Of a stretch of 64,000 nucleotides of DNA, positions 51,393 through 62,400 are shown piece by piece. Numbering within the stretch: position 1 is the first letter of the stretch; every line of letters starts with the position of its first letter. This DNA comes from an uncultured Eubacteriales bacterium (GTDB lineage Bacteria > Bacillota > Clostridia > Oscillospirales > CAG-272), in assembly GCA_934525675.1 (NCBI GenBank), contig CAKSZH010000004.1, positions 91,905-155,904 of the forward strand. Direction: 5' to 3'. Both the position numbers and the translations under genes were made by a program. Under the pieces are notes generated by a model. That model was given only the letters and a program-made list of their open reading frames with translations. It did no database searches and was not told the origin of the DNA.

Positions 51393-52628
51393 ATGGATAA
51401 GAAAGAAATCAAGAAAATCGTACTCGCCTATTCGGGAGGACTGGATACCTCCATCATCATCCCGTGGCTGAAGGAAAATTACAACAATCCGGAGATCATC
51501 GCGGTTTCCGGAAATGTCGGACAGGCGGACGAGCTGGAGGGACTGGAAGAGAAGGCGCTGAAGACCGGCGCGTCCAAGCTGTACATTGAGGATCTGACCG
51601 ATGAATTCGTCAACGAGTGCATCATTCCCTGCGTCAAGGCGGGCGCGAAATACGAGGAATATATGCTCGGCACCTCGCTGGCGCGTCCCGTGATTGCAAA
51701 GCGGCTCGCGGAGATCGCCCTCAGAGAGGGCGCCGATGCCATCTGCCACGGTTGTACCGGAAAGGGCAATGACCAGGTGCGGTTTGAACTCACCATCAAG
51801 GCGTTCGCGCCCGATATGAAGATTATCGCGCCGTGGCGGGAGTGGTCCATCAAGTCACGCGAGGAAGAGATTGAATACGCCGAGGCGCATAACGTCCCGC
51901 TCAAGATCAACCGCGAGACCAACTATTCCAAGGACAAGAATCTCTGGCACCTGTCCCATGAGGGACTGGATCTGGAGGACGCGGGCAACGAGCCGCTCTA
52001 TGAGAAGCCCGGCTTCCTTGAAATGGGTGTGTCCCCGATCGACGCGCCGGACGAAGCAACCTATGTGACGCTGGACTTTGAAGCGGGCGTTCCCGTTGCC
52101 ATCGACGGCGAAAAGATGAGCGCGAAGAACATCATTCTGAAGCTCAACGAGCTGGGCGGCAGGAACGGCATCGGTCTTCTGGACATCGTGGAGAACCGTC
52201 TTGTCGGCATGAAGTGCCGCGGCGTGTATGAAACGCCCGGCGGAGCGATCCTGTATTTCGCTCATAATTATCTGGAGACCCTGTGCCTTGACAAGATGAC
52301 GGCACACGAAAAGGAACGCCTTGCCGTAACCTTTGCGGAACTGACCTACAACGGGCAGTGGTACACCCCTCTGCGCGAGGCGTTGTCCGCGTTTGTTGAC
52401 AAAACGCAGGAGCATGTTACGGGAAAGGTTCGGATCAAGCTGTATAAGGGCAATATGATCAAGGCGGGCGCGTGGAGCGACTGGTCGCTGTATTCCGAGG
52501 AAATCGCAACCTTCGGAGAGGATCATGTCTACGATCAGAAGGACGCCGCCGGCTTCATCAATCTTTACGGTCTGCCGATCAAGGTGCAGGCTCAGATTGC
52601 GGCAAAGAACGCGAAGAACAAGCAGTAA
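51393..52628 (+). CDS. argG: argininosuccinate synthase
   Basis: [10 protein letters not shown]-loop-like motif and [14 protein letters not shown]. Confidence 0.95.
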   Translation: MDKKEIKKIVLAYSGGLDTSIIIPWLKENYNNPEIIAVSGNVGQADELEGLEEKALKTGASKLYIEDLTDEFVNECIIPCVKAGAKYEEYMLGTSLARPVIAKRLAEIALREGADAICHGCTGKGNDQVRFELTIKAFAPDMKIIAPWREWSIKSREEEIEYAEAHNVPLKINRETNYSKDKNLWHLSHEGLDLEDAGNEPLYEKPGFLEMGVSPIDAPDEATYVTLDFEAGVPVAIDGEKMSAKNIILKLNELGGRNGIGLLDIVENRLVGMKCRGVYETPGGAILYFAHNYLETLCLDKMTAHEKERLAVTFAELTYNGQWYTPLREALSAFVDKTQEHVTGKVRIKLYKGNMIKAGAWSDWSLYSEEIATFGEDHVYDQKDAAGFINLYGLPIKVQAQIAAKNAKNKQ

Positions 52629-52766
52629 TCCCGGCGACCGGGAGACGAAGACGCAGGAATGCGAAGTCTCCGAAGGACGCTTTGCATGAGACATATCGGG
52701 CGGAGCCGCTGATTTCCTTCCGCATCGGCGGGAGAAAGCTGACTTTGCGCAGTGAGTCGAAAATAC

Positions 52767-52790
52767 AAAACCCGGATGCTTCCGGGTTTT
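52767..52790 (+). terminator. intrinsic terminator/attenuator between argG and argC
   Basis: AAAACCCGGA / TGCT / TCCGGGTTTT. Confidence 0.75.
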
Positions 52791-52903
52791 GTCGTTCCGA
52801 GGGAGAGCGGAGGGTTTTCGCCGGAAGAGGGAAACGCAGAAAAAAGTTGACCGGCGTCCGGCTTACTCCCGGATGGGCGGCAAAAAACAACGGAGTAACA
52901 GAT

Positions 52904-53833
52904 ATGAAGATCTTTATTGACGGCAGTGCCGGAACGACGGGACTGCGGATCCACGAGCGGCTCGGCAAGAGAAGTGACCTTTCACTGATCACTCTCGGTG
53001 AGGCGGAGCGCAAGGACGCGTCCGCCCGCCGGGAGGCGCTGAACCGGGCGGATGTGGTGTTTCTTTGCCTGCCGGACGACGCGGCAAGGGAAGCGGTCTC
53101 CATGGTGGAGAATCCGGATACGGTCATTCTCGATACCTCTACGGCGCATCGAACGGCGGACGGCTGGGCATACGGTTTTCCCGAGCTGTCGGCGGCACAC
53201 CGGGAACGCGTCACGCATTCGCGGCGCATCGCGGTACCCGGCTGCCATGCCAGCGGATTCATCGCGCTGGTTTACCCGCTTGTCGAAGCGGGGATCCTTG
53301 CGCCCTCCGTTCCGCTTTCCTGCTTCAGCCTTACCGGATACAGCGGCGGCGGAAAGAAAATGATCGCCGCGTATGAGTCCTCCGACCGGGACCCGCTTCT
53401 CGGTGCGCCGAGAATCTACGGGCTGTCGCAGGTACATAAGCATCTGCCCGAAATGAAGGCGGTGACGGGACTGGATGCGCCGCCCGTATTCTGCCCGACC
53501 GTTGCGGATTTTTACTCCGGAATGCTTGTGACCGTTCCGCTGTCCGCGTCCCTGCTTGCCCCCGGCAAAACGGCGGATGACGTAAGAGCGGCGCTCTCTG
53601 CGAAATACCGGGGAGAGATCGTCCGGTATTGCGAGGACGCGGACGAAACGGGATTTTTGTCCGCCGCGGCGCTTTCCGGGAAGGATTCCATGGAGATTTC
53701 CGTATTCGGAAACGACGAGCGTATCCTGCTCGCGGCAAGATATGACAATCTTGGCAAGGGCGCATCGGGAGCGGCGGTGGAATGCCTTAACCTTTTGCTC
53801 GGTGCCGGGGAAACGACGGGGCTTGTGCTGTAA
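52904..53833 (+). CDS. argC: N-acetyl-gamma-glutamyl-phosphate reductase (short type)
   Basis: MKIFIDGSAGTTGL, active-site PGCHASG. Start trimmed from ORF-track 52472 to ATG 52904 (GGAG RBS). Confidence 0.9.
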   Translation: MKIFIDGSAGTTGLRIHERLGKRSDLSLITLGEAERKDASARREALNRADVVFLCLPDDAAREAVSMVENPDTVILDTSTAHRTADGWAYGFPELSAAHRERVTHSRRIAVPGCHASGFIALVYPLVEAGILAPSVPLSCFSLTGYSGGGKKMIAAYESSDRDPLLGAPRIYGLSQVHKHLPEMKAVTGLDAPPVFCPTVADFYSGMLVTVPLSASLLAPGKTADDVRAALSAKYRGEIVRYCEDADETGFLSAAALSGKDSMEISVFGNDERILLAARYDNLGKGASGAAVECLNLLLGAGETTGLVL

Positions 53834-53948
53834 AACGTTACGCTCCGGTTCCGGTTTCCCGCAGCTTCTGAAAAATCGGCTCGTGCCGTGTGACACCGGA
53901 CCGTCCGGAGAAGAAACGGTCCGAAAACAAACAAGGAGAGATCAATTC

Positions 53949-55163
53949 ATGAATATCATTGAAGGCGGCGTCTGCGCCGCAAAAGGGTTTACGGCAAACG
54001 GGATCCATGCGGGAATCCGCAAGAACAAGGAAAAACGCGACCTGTCGCTCATTCTGAGCGAATGCCGTGCGCACGCTGCCGCTGTTTATACGACCAACCT
54101 TGTCAAGGGCGCACCGCTGACGGTGACGAAAAAGCACCTGTCCGACGGCTTTGCACAGGCGGTCATCTGCAACAGCGGCAACGCCAACACCTGCAACGCA
54201 AACGGCGTTGAGGTCGCCGAGGAAATGAGCGCTCTTGCCGCAAAGCAACTCGGAATCGACCCGTCCGACGTCGTGGTGGCGTCCACCGGCGTCATCGGTC
54301 AGCCGCTTGACATCACGCCCATCCGGGACGGAATTCCCGCGCTGGTCGCGGGGCTGGGCAAGGACAACAGCGGACTTGCCGCCGAGGGCATCATGACGAC
54401 GGATACCAAGAAAAAGGAGATCGCCGTCAGCTTCACCGTGGGCGGCAAGGAATGCCGCATCGGCGGGATCGCAAAGGGCTCCGGCATGATCCACCCCAAC
54501 ATGGCGACCATGCTGGTGTTTCTCACGACCGACTGCGCAATTTCCGCGGAACTGCTCTCCCGTGCGCTTTCCTCCGACGTGCAGAATACCTTCAACATGG
54601 TCAGCGTGGACGGCGATACCTCCACCAACGATATGGTGACGATTCTTGCCAACGGGATGGCGGGGAACCCCGAGATCACCGGCGAGGGAGAGGATTTTTC
54701 CGAATTCATGAAGGCGCTCAACACCGTGACGGTGTACCTCTGCCGCAGGATTGCGGGAGACGGCGAAGGCGCGACCAAGCTGCTGGAATGCCGCGTGGAC
54801 GGCGCGTGCAGTGAGGCAAACGCGAAGGCGGTCGCCAAATCCGTCATCTGCTCGTCGCTCACCAAGGCGGCGATGTTCGGCGCCGACGCCAACTGGGGGC
54901 GCGTGCTTTGCGCCATCGGTTACAGCGGGGTGCTCGTGGACGTTTCCCGCGTGGATGTCAGTTTTTCTTCTGCAAAGGGAGAGATTCTCGTCTGTAAAAA
55001 CGGCGCGGGCGTGGAATTTTCCGAGGAAAAGGCAAAGGAGATTCTTCTGGAAAGTGAGATCTCCATTCTGATCTCGCTCCACATGGGAGAAGCGACCGCC
55101 ACGGCGTGGGGGTGTGATCTGACCTACGATTACGTCCGCATCAACGGCGACTACCGCACCTGA
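53949..55163 (+). CDS. argJ: bifunctional glutamate N-acetyltransferase / amino-acid acetyltransferase
   Basis: GFTANGIHAGI, autoprocessing-site region ATMLVFLTTD. AAGGAG RBS before ATG 53949. Confidence 0.92.
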   Translation: MNIIEGGVCAAKGFTANGIHAGIRKNKEKRDLSLILSECRAHAAAVYTTNLVKGAPLTVTKKHLSDGFAQAVICNSGNANTCNANGVEVAEEMSALAAKQLGIDPSDVVVASTGVIGQPLDITPIRDGIPALVAGLGKDNSGLAAEGIMTTDTKKKEIAVSFTVGGKECRIGGIAKGSGMIHPNMATMLVFLTTDCAISAELLSRALSSDVQNTFNMVSVDGDTSTNDMVTILANGMAGNPEITGEGEDFSEFMKALNTVTVYLCRRIAGDGEGATKLLECRVDGACSEANAKAVAKSVICSSLTKAAMFGADANWGRVLCAIGYSGVLVDVSRVDVSFSSAKGEILVCKNGAGVEFSEEKAKEILLESEISILISLHMGEATATAWGCDLTYDYVRINGDYRT

Positions 55164-55236
55164 CGTGCCGCCGGGTTCCGTCCTGCCGCAGGAAGAAATC
55201 GGGGCTGCAACGAGACAGAGCAAGAAAAGAGGAAAC

Positions 55237-56115
55237 ATGATGGACATTACCAATGCACAGCGCGCCAAAATACTGGTCGAAGCGCTTCCGTATATTCAGA
55301 ATTACACCGGCAAGATCATTGTCATCAAATACGGCGGGAACGCCATGGTCAGCGAAGAACTCAAGAACCAGGTGATGGAGGACATCGTACTTCTGTCGCT
55401 GGTCGGGGTCAAGGTCGTGCTGGTGCACGGCGGCGGTCCGGAGATCACCGATCTGCTGTCCAAGATCGGCAAGAAGAGCGAATTCGTGGACGGACTCCGC
55501 GTGACCGACAAGGAGACGGCGGACGTGGTGCAGATGGTGCTTGCGGGCAAGGTCAACAAGAGCCTTGTCAACCTGATTGGGGTCAAGGGCGGCTCGGCAA
55601 TGGGCATTTCCGGTATCGACGATCACCTCATCGAAGCCGAGTCCAAGGACGAGCGGCTCGGGTACGTCGGACAGATCACCTCGGTCAATGTCCGCCCCGT
55701 GATGGATCTTCTGGAGCACGGATACATCCCCGTCATTTCCACCGTTGCCTGCGACAGAGAGGGAAATGTATACAACATCAACGCCGACACCGCGGCGGCA
55801 TATATCGCGGGAGCGATGCGCGCGGAAAGTCTCATCACCATGACGGACATCGCGGGGATCTTACGCGACCGGGATGACCCTTCGTCGCTCATCCCCTGCA
55901 TCGACCTTGCCGAAGCGGATCAACTGTTTTGTGACAAGGTGATCTCCGGCGGCATGATCCCCAAGGTGGAATGCTGTATCGAGGCAATTCACCGCGGCGT
56001 CAGAAAGGTCGTCATCATGGACGGACGCGTGCCGCACGCGATCCTGATCGAAACGCTGACCGACGAGGGCGCCGGCACGATGGTCGTGGAGGATAAGAAC
56101 AATGGACATTTTTGA
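55237..56115 (+). CDS. argB: acetylglutamate kinase
   Basis: VIKYGGNAM and VLVHGGGPEI motifs. Start trimmed to ATG 55237. Confidence 0.92.
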   Translation: MMDITNAQRAKILVEALPYIQNYTGKIIVIKYGGNAMVSEELKNQVMEDIVLLSLVGVKVVLVHGGGPEITDLLSKIGKKSEFVDGLRVTDKETADVVQMVLAGKVNKSLVNLIGVKGGSAMGISGIDDHLIEAESKDERLGYVGQITSVNVRPVMDLLEHGYIPVISTVACDREGNVYNINADTAAAYIAGAMRAESLITMTDIAGILRDRDDPSSLIPCIDLAEADQLFCDKVISGGMIPKVECCIEAIHRGVRKVVIMDGRVPHAILIETLTDEGAGTMVVEDKNNGHF

Positions 56116-57268
56116 GCGGGATGCGGAATACATCGCCCACACCTATGCGCGGTTTCCCCTGGAGATCGTCGGCGGTAAGGGGTCGCTTGTGTACGGCGCG
56201 GACGGAAAAGAATACATCGACATGGGCGCGGGGATCGCGGTCAATACCTTCGGTATTGCGGACGACGAATGGACCCGGGCGGTAACGGAGCAGCTCGGCA
56301 GGTTCCAGCACACCTCCAATCTCTATTATTCCGAGCCGTGCGTGCGGCTTGCGGAGGCGCTGTGCGGGCGGACCGGTATGAAGCGGGTGTTCTTCTCGAA
56401 TTCCGGAGCCGAGGCAAATGAGTGCGCCATCAAGGCGGCGCGCAAGTACGCCCACGACAAAAAGGGCGCGGACTGCTACTATATTCTGACGCTCCGCAAC
56501 AGCTTCCACGGCAGGACGCTTACCACGCTTGCGGCAACGGGACAGGACGTGTTCCACAAGGACTATCTGCCGCTTACACCGGGCTTTGTTTATGCCGATG
56601 CGAACGACCTTTCCTCTGTCCGGGCGGCGGTGAAGGAGTATCCCGTCGCGGCGATCCTGTTTGAGGCGGTGCAGGGTGAGGGCGGCGTTCTGCCCCTCAC
56701 TGCGGAGTTTGCGCGGGGACTCTCCGACATTGCCGGGGAGGAGGACATTCTGCTCATCGCCGACGAGGTACAGATCGGCAACGGCAGAAGCGGGATGCTT
56801 TACGGCTACATGAATTTCGGAATTACCCCCGACATTGTGACCACCGCCAAGGGAATCGGCGGCGGTCTTCCCATCGGTGTGACCATGCTCGGTGAGAAGG
56901 TCAAAAATATCTTCTCCCCCGGCGACAACGGCTCCACCTTCGGCGGAAACCCTGTTGCCGCGGCGGGAGCGTACAACATTCTGTCAAGACTGGACGACGA
57001 TTGCCTTGCGGGTGTCAGAGAACGCTCGGCATACATCCGGGAAGAACTGACGGGCGCAAAAGGCATCAATCGCGTAACAGGTATGGGGCTGATGCTCGGT
57101 ATCGACGCGTCTCGCGGCGCGTCGGCAGTCGTGGCGGGCTGCATGGAGCGCGGTGTTCTGGTGCTCAGGGCAAAGGACAAGGTCCGTCTTCTGCCGGCGC
57201 TTAATATCCCGACGGAGCTTCTGAAGCGCGCCGTCGCGGTCATCAAAGAAGTTTGCGGAGGATGCTGA
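56102..57268 (+). CDS. argD: acetylornithine aminotransferase
   Basis: Class-III aminotransferase with [18 protein letters not shown] and the PLP-Lys region TTAKGIGGG. Confidence 0.92.
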   Translation: MDIFERDAEYIAHTYARFPLEIVGGKGSLVYGADGKEYIDMGAGIAVNTFGIADDEWTRAVTEQLGRFQHTSNLYYSEPCVRLAEALCGRTGMKRVFFSNSGAEANECAIKAARKYAHDKKGADCYYILTLRNSFHGRTLTTLAATGQDVFHKDYLPLTPGFVYADANDLSSVRAAVKEYPVAAILFEAVQGEGGVLPLTAEFARGLSDIAGEEDILLIADEVQIGNGRSGMLYGYMNFGITPDIVTTAKGIGGGLPIGVTMLGEKVKNIFSPGDNGSTFGGNPVAAAGAYNILSRLDDDCLAGVRERSAYIREELTGAKGINRVTGMGLMLGIDASRGASAVVAGCMERGVLVLRAKDKVRLLPALNIPTELLKRAVAVIKEVCGGC

Positions 57269-57269
57269 C

Positions 57270-58265
57270 ATGAATCTTGAAGGAAGAGATTTTCTCAAGC
57301 TGCTCGACTATACCCCGGAGGAAATCGCGGGGCTGATTGACCTTGCGGCACAACTCAAGGCAAAGAAAAAGGCGGGCATTCCTCACAGGCTGTGCGAGGG
57401 AAAGAATGTCGCTCTGATTTTCGAGAAGACCAGTACCCGTACCCGGTGCGCCTTTGAGGTCGCTGCACGCGATCTCGGCATGGGAGCGACTTATCTGGAC
57501 CCCTCCGGTTCGCAGATCGGCAAAAAGGAAAGCATTGCCGACACCGCGCGGGTACTTTCCCGGATGTTTGACGGTATCGAGTACCGCGGATTCGGGCAGA
57601 GCATTGTGGAGGAGCTTGCAAAATACGCGACGGTCCCCGTGTGGAACGGACTCACCGACGAGTTTCACCCGACCCAGATTTTAGCGGATTTCCTCACCAT
57701 CCGGGAGCATTTCGGACGCCTTGCGGGAATCAATTTTGTGTACATGGGCGACGCGAGATACAATATGGGCAACTCGCTCATGGTGGGCTGTGCCAAGATG
57801 GGGATGCATTTCACCGCCTGCGCCCCGAAGAAGTATTTCCCCGATCCCGCACTCGTGGAGGAGTGCCGCAGGATTGCCGCGACGACGGGCGCCACGCTGA
57901 CCTTTGAGACCGACCCCGGGAAAGCCGTGCCGGGCGCGGATGTCCTCTATACCGACATCTGGGTCTCCATGGGCGAGCCGGTGGAGGTCTGGGAGGAGCG
58001 CATCCGCGATCTGTCCCCCTATCAGGTCAACTCCGCGTTGATGAAGGCGGCGGGGGAGAATGCCGTATTCATGCACTGCCTGCCGTCCTATCACGATCTG
58101 AAGACAAAGATCGGACGCGAAATGGGCGAGCGGTTCGGACGGGACTCGATGGAAGTGACCGACGAAGTGTTCGAGAGCCCCGCCTCCATCGTATTTGACG
58201 AGGCGGAAAACCGGATGCACACCATCAAGGCGGTCATGGCGGCAACGCTCGGCGCGTCGCTCTGA
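57270..58265 (+). CDS. argF: ornithine carbamoyltransferase
   Basis: [13 protein letters not shown] and HCLP motifs. Confidence 0.93.
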   Translation: MNLEGRDFLKLLDYTPEEIAGLIDLAAQLKAKKKAGIPHRLCEGKNVALIFEKTSTRTRCAFEVAARDLGMGATYLDPSGSQIGKKESIADTARVLSRMFDGIEYRGFGQSIVEELAKYATVPVWNGLTDEFHPTQILADFLTIREHFGRLAGINFVYMGDARYNMGNSLMVGCAKMGMHFTACAPKKYFPDPALVEECRRIAATTGATLTFETDPGKAVPGADVLYTDIWVSMGEPVEVWEERIRDLSPYQVNSALMKAAGENAVFMHCLPSYHDLKTKIGREMGERFGRDSMEVTDEVFESPASIVFDEAENRMHTIKAVMAATLGASL

Positions 58266-58417
58266 CGAACAACATATACGAATCAAGCCGTCGGGAGGCA
58301 CGTACTGACGAGATTTTTTGCGTGTTCCCGGCGGCAGAACTGACTTTCATGGAACCGAGCCGTGTTTTGCGGCACGGCGACGACAGCAAACAGTATGACA
58401 GTGTGACAGGAGAACCT

Positions 58418-59497
58418 ATGAAAAAACGTTATCTGGTATTGGCGGACGGAAGCATCTTTCCCGGCGAGGCGTTCGGCGCGGACGTATCCGCAATCGGCGA
58501 GGCGGTCTTCACCACGGGAATGTGCGGATACCTCGAAACCCTGACCGACCCCAGCTATTACGGGCAGATCGTGCTCCAGACCTTTCCTCTCATCGGCAAC
58601 TATGGCGTGATCCCGGAGGATTTTGAAGGGAAGTGCCATGTGCGGGGTTATGTGGTACGCGAGGTATGCGGCACGCCGTCCAATTTCCGTTCCCGCGGAA
58701 CGCTGGATGCGTTTCTCCGGGAAAACGGTGTTCCCGGCATTTCCGGCGTGGATACCCGCGAAATCACAAGAAAACTCCGCGAGTGCGGCGTGATGAACGC
58801 GTATCTCACCGACGAGGACCCGACGGGCAAGCCGGTCCCTCCGGAGGTACTTTCCTATACCGTACACGACGCGGTGAAGAGTGTGAGTGCGGATGCGGTC
58901 AGGGAATATCCCGCCGTGGGAACGGAAAAGTACCATGTCGTTCTCATGGATTTCGGTGCGAAGAAAAACATTGTCCGCGAGCTTTGCCGCCGCGGTTGCC
59001 GTGTGACGGCGGTTCCGGGTAACACTTCATCCGAAGCGGTGCTGGCGCTTGCCCCCGACGGGGTGATGCTTTCCAACGGTCCCGGCGACCCGGCGGAAAA
59101 TACGGAAATCATCCGGGAGATCGCGGGACTGATCGGGCGCGTCCCCGTGTTCGGCATCTGTCTCGGACATCAGCTTTTTGCGCTGGCGCTCGGCGGAAAG
59201 ACCGTCAAATTGAAATACGGGCACAGAGGTGTCAATCAGCCCGTCCGCTGCCTTTCGGACGGCAGGACCTATATCACCAGCCAGAACCACGGCTATGCGG
59301 TACTGCCGCACACGGTGCCAGTGGGCGAAGAGAGCTTTGTCAACGCAAACGACGGAACGTCCGAGGGAATGGATTACCCGGAGCTGTGCGCCTTCACGGT
59401 GCAGTTTCACCCCGAAGCCGCGGCGGGACCGCACGATACGTGCTTTCTGTTCGACCGCTTTATTTCCATGATGGGAGGGAATACCGATGCCGATTGA
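58418..59497 (+). CDS. carA: carbamoyl-phosphate synthase small (glutaminase) subunit
   Basis: GICLGHQ catalytic Cys and HGYAV...QFHPEA. AGGAG RBS before ATG 58418. ORF-track start trimmed. Confidence 0.93.
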   Translation: MKKRYLVLADGSIFPGEAFGADVSAIGEAVFTTGMCGYLETLTDPSYYGQIVLQTFPLIGNYGVIPEDFEGKCHVRGYVVREVCGTPSNFRSRGTLDAFLRENGVPGISGVDTREITRKLRECGVMNAYLTDEDPTGKPVPPEVLSYTVHDAVKSVSADAVREYPAVGTEKYHVVLMDFGAKKNIVRELCRRGCRVTAVPGNTSSEAVLALAPDGVMLSNGPGDPAENTEIIREIAGLIGRVPVFGICLGHQLFALALGGKTVKLKYGHRGVNQPVRCLSDGRTYITSQNHGYAVLPHTVPVGEESFVNANDGTSEGMDYPELCAFTVQFHPEAAAGPHDTCFLFDRFISMMGGNTDAD

Positions 59498-62400
59498 TAC
59501 ATCTGTGAGAAAAACGCTCGTCATCGGCTCCGGTCCCATTGTGATCGGGCAGGCGGCGGAATTCGACTATGCGGGCGCGCAGGCGTGCCGCGTTCTGAAG
59601 GAGGCGGGGGTCAATGTCGTCCTCGTCAACTCCAACCCCGCGACCATCATGACCGACCGCGTGATGGCGGACGAAATTTACCTGGAACCGCTCACCGAAG
59701 AAACGGTCGGGCGCATCATCGAAAAGGAAAAGCCGGACAGCCTGCTCGCAGGACTCGGCGGGCAGACGGGTCTGACGCTTGCCATGAAGCTCTATGAAAA
59801 AGGCTTTCTGCAATCCCACGGCGTGCGCCTGATCGGTACCAACGTGGACGCAATCGAGCGCGCCGAGGACCGGGAACGTTTCAAGGAAACCATGGAGCAG
59901 ATCGGCGAGCCGGTCATCCCGTCGGACATCGCGGAGGACGTGGAAACGGCGGTACGGGTGGCAGAGCGGATCGGGTATCCCGTTATCATCCGCCCCGCCT
60001 ATACGCTCGGCGGCGCGGGCGGCGGTGTGGCGTACACCGAAGAGGAACTGCGCATCGCCGCGCATACGGGACTGGAAGCGTCGCCGATCACCCAGATCCT
60101 TGTGGAGAAGTACATCTTCGGCTGGAAGGAAATCGAGTTTGAGGTCATGCGCGACGCGATCGGTAACGTCATCGCGGTGTGCAGCATGGAAAACCTTGAT
60201 CCTGTCGGCATTCATACGGGCGACAGCATTGTGGTTGCACCGACGCTCACGCTTTCCGACAAGGAGTATCAGATGCTCCGCAGTGCATCGCTCAACATCA
60301 TTACGGCGCTCGGCATCGTCGGCGGGTGCAACTGTCAGTTTGCGCTGAACCCCGACAGCTTTGAATACGCGGTGATCGAGGTCAACCCCCGCGTGTCGCG
60401 GTCGTCCGCGCTTGCCAGCAAGGCGACGGGCTATCCGATTGCAAAAATGACGGCGAAAATCGCGCTCGGCTATACGCTGGACGAAATCAGAAACGACATC
60501 ACGGGCAAGACCTGTGCCTGCTTTGAACCGACGCTTGACTACGTGGTGGTCAAGGTACCCAAGTGGCCCTTTGACAAGTTTGCCGGCGCGAGCCGCAGGT
60601 TGGGGACCCAGATGAAGGCGACGGGCGAGGTCATGGCGATTGCGCCGTCCTTTGAAGCGGCGCTCCTCAAGGCGATCCGCGGTGCGGAGATCTCACTGGA
60701 CACCCTGAACGCCCCGCCGGTCTCGTCCGCACCGCTTACGGAGCGGCTTGCCACACCGGATGACCGCCGGATCTTTACGGTGTTTGAGGCGATCAGAAGC
60801 GGGATCAGCGTTGAAGAGATTCACGAAATCACACGTATCGACCGCTGGTTCCTCGAAAAGCTGAAGAAACTCGCCGGGTTTGAAGCGAGCCTTGCCGCCG
60901 ACGGGCTGACGGATGTTCTGTACGAAAGAGGGAAGCAGCTCGGTTACCCCGACGCGGCGCTGCTGCGGCTTTCCGGCGCGGAGAAGATTCCGTCCCCCCG
61001 CCACGCGGTCTACAAAATGGTGGACACCTGCGGCGCGGAATTCGACGCGGAAACGCCGTATTTTTATGCGACCTATGACCGCGTCTGTGAGTCGTGTGCT
61101 TTCCCGCGTTCTGGCAAACCCGTCGTTATCGTACTCGGCTCCGGTCCTATCCGGATCGGGCAGGGCATTGAATTCGACTATTCCTCCGTCCATTCGGTCA
61201 TGACGCTCAAGAAGCTTGGCTACGACGTGGTCATCATCAACAATAACCCGGAGACCGTCTCCACCGACTACGACACGGCGGACCGGCTGTATTTCGAGCC
61301 GCTGACCCCGGAGGACGTTATGAACGTCATCCGCGTGGAGCACCCGGTCGGCGTGGTGGTCGCGTTCGGCGGGCAGACGGCAATCAAGCTGACCGGCTAC
61401 CTCGACAAGGCGGGGATCCCGATCCTCGGCACCTCCGCCGACGGCATCGACCTTGCGGAGGACCGCGAACGCTTTGACGAACTGCTCGAAGGATTCGGCA
61501 TCCGCCGCCCGAAGGGCATGGGTGTGAGGACATTGGAGGAAGCGCTCGCGGCGGCGGATACGCTCGGCTATCCCGTGCTCCTGCGCCCGTCCTATGTCAT
61601 CGGCGGGCAGAATATGCAGATCGTACACAACGAACGGGAAGTGCGGCGGTACATGGAGCGTATCCTCGCGGGCGGCATTGAAAACCCCGTGCTGGTCGAT
61701 CAGTACCTGCCCGGCAAGGAGCTGGAGGTCGACGTGATTTCCGACGGGGAGGACGTGCTCATCCCCGGTATCATGCAGCACATTGAACGCGCGGGCGTAC
61801 ACAGCGGGGATTCCATCGCCGTTTATCCGCCGTACAGCATCAATGACCGCATGATCTCGGTGATCGCGGATTCCTCTAAAAAACTCGCGCTGGCGCTCGG
61901 TACCAAGGGACTTGTCAACATCCAGTATCTCATCTACGGCGGCGAGCTTTATGTGATTGAGGTCAATCCCCGCGCGTCGCGTACCGTGCCGTATATCAGC
62001 AAGGTGACGGGCGTTCCCATGGTGGATATCGCCTCCCGCGTCATGCTCGGGGAGAAACTGAGCACGATCGGCTGTGGCACGGGACTGTACCCGGTTCCGC
62101 CGTACTGTGCGGTCAAGGTACCGGTGTTCTCCTTTGAGAAACTGACCGACGCAAACTCGTATCTGGGACCGGAAATGAAGTCCACTGGCGAGGTGTTGGG
62201 AATCGGAAAGGATCTCGGCGAAGCGCTCTTCAAGGGACTGCTTTCCGCCGGTATGATCCTGCCCCCGGCACATAGGGGAGAGAAGGTCGGCTTCTTTGTC
62301 AGTGTGGACGAACACGACATGGGCGAGGTGGTCTCGCTTGCCAAGAAGCTGGACGATCTCGGGTTCCTCCTCTTTGCGACCAGGGACACCGCCGCGGCGA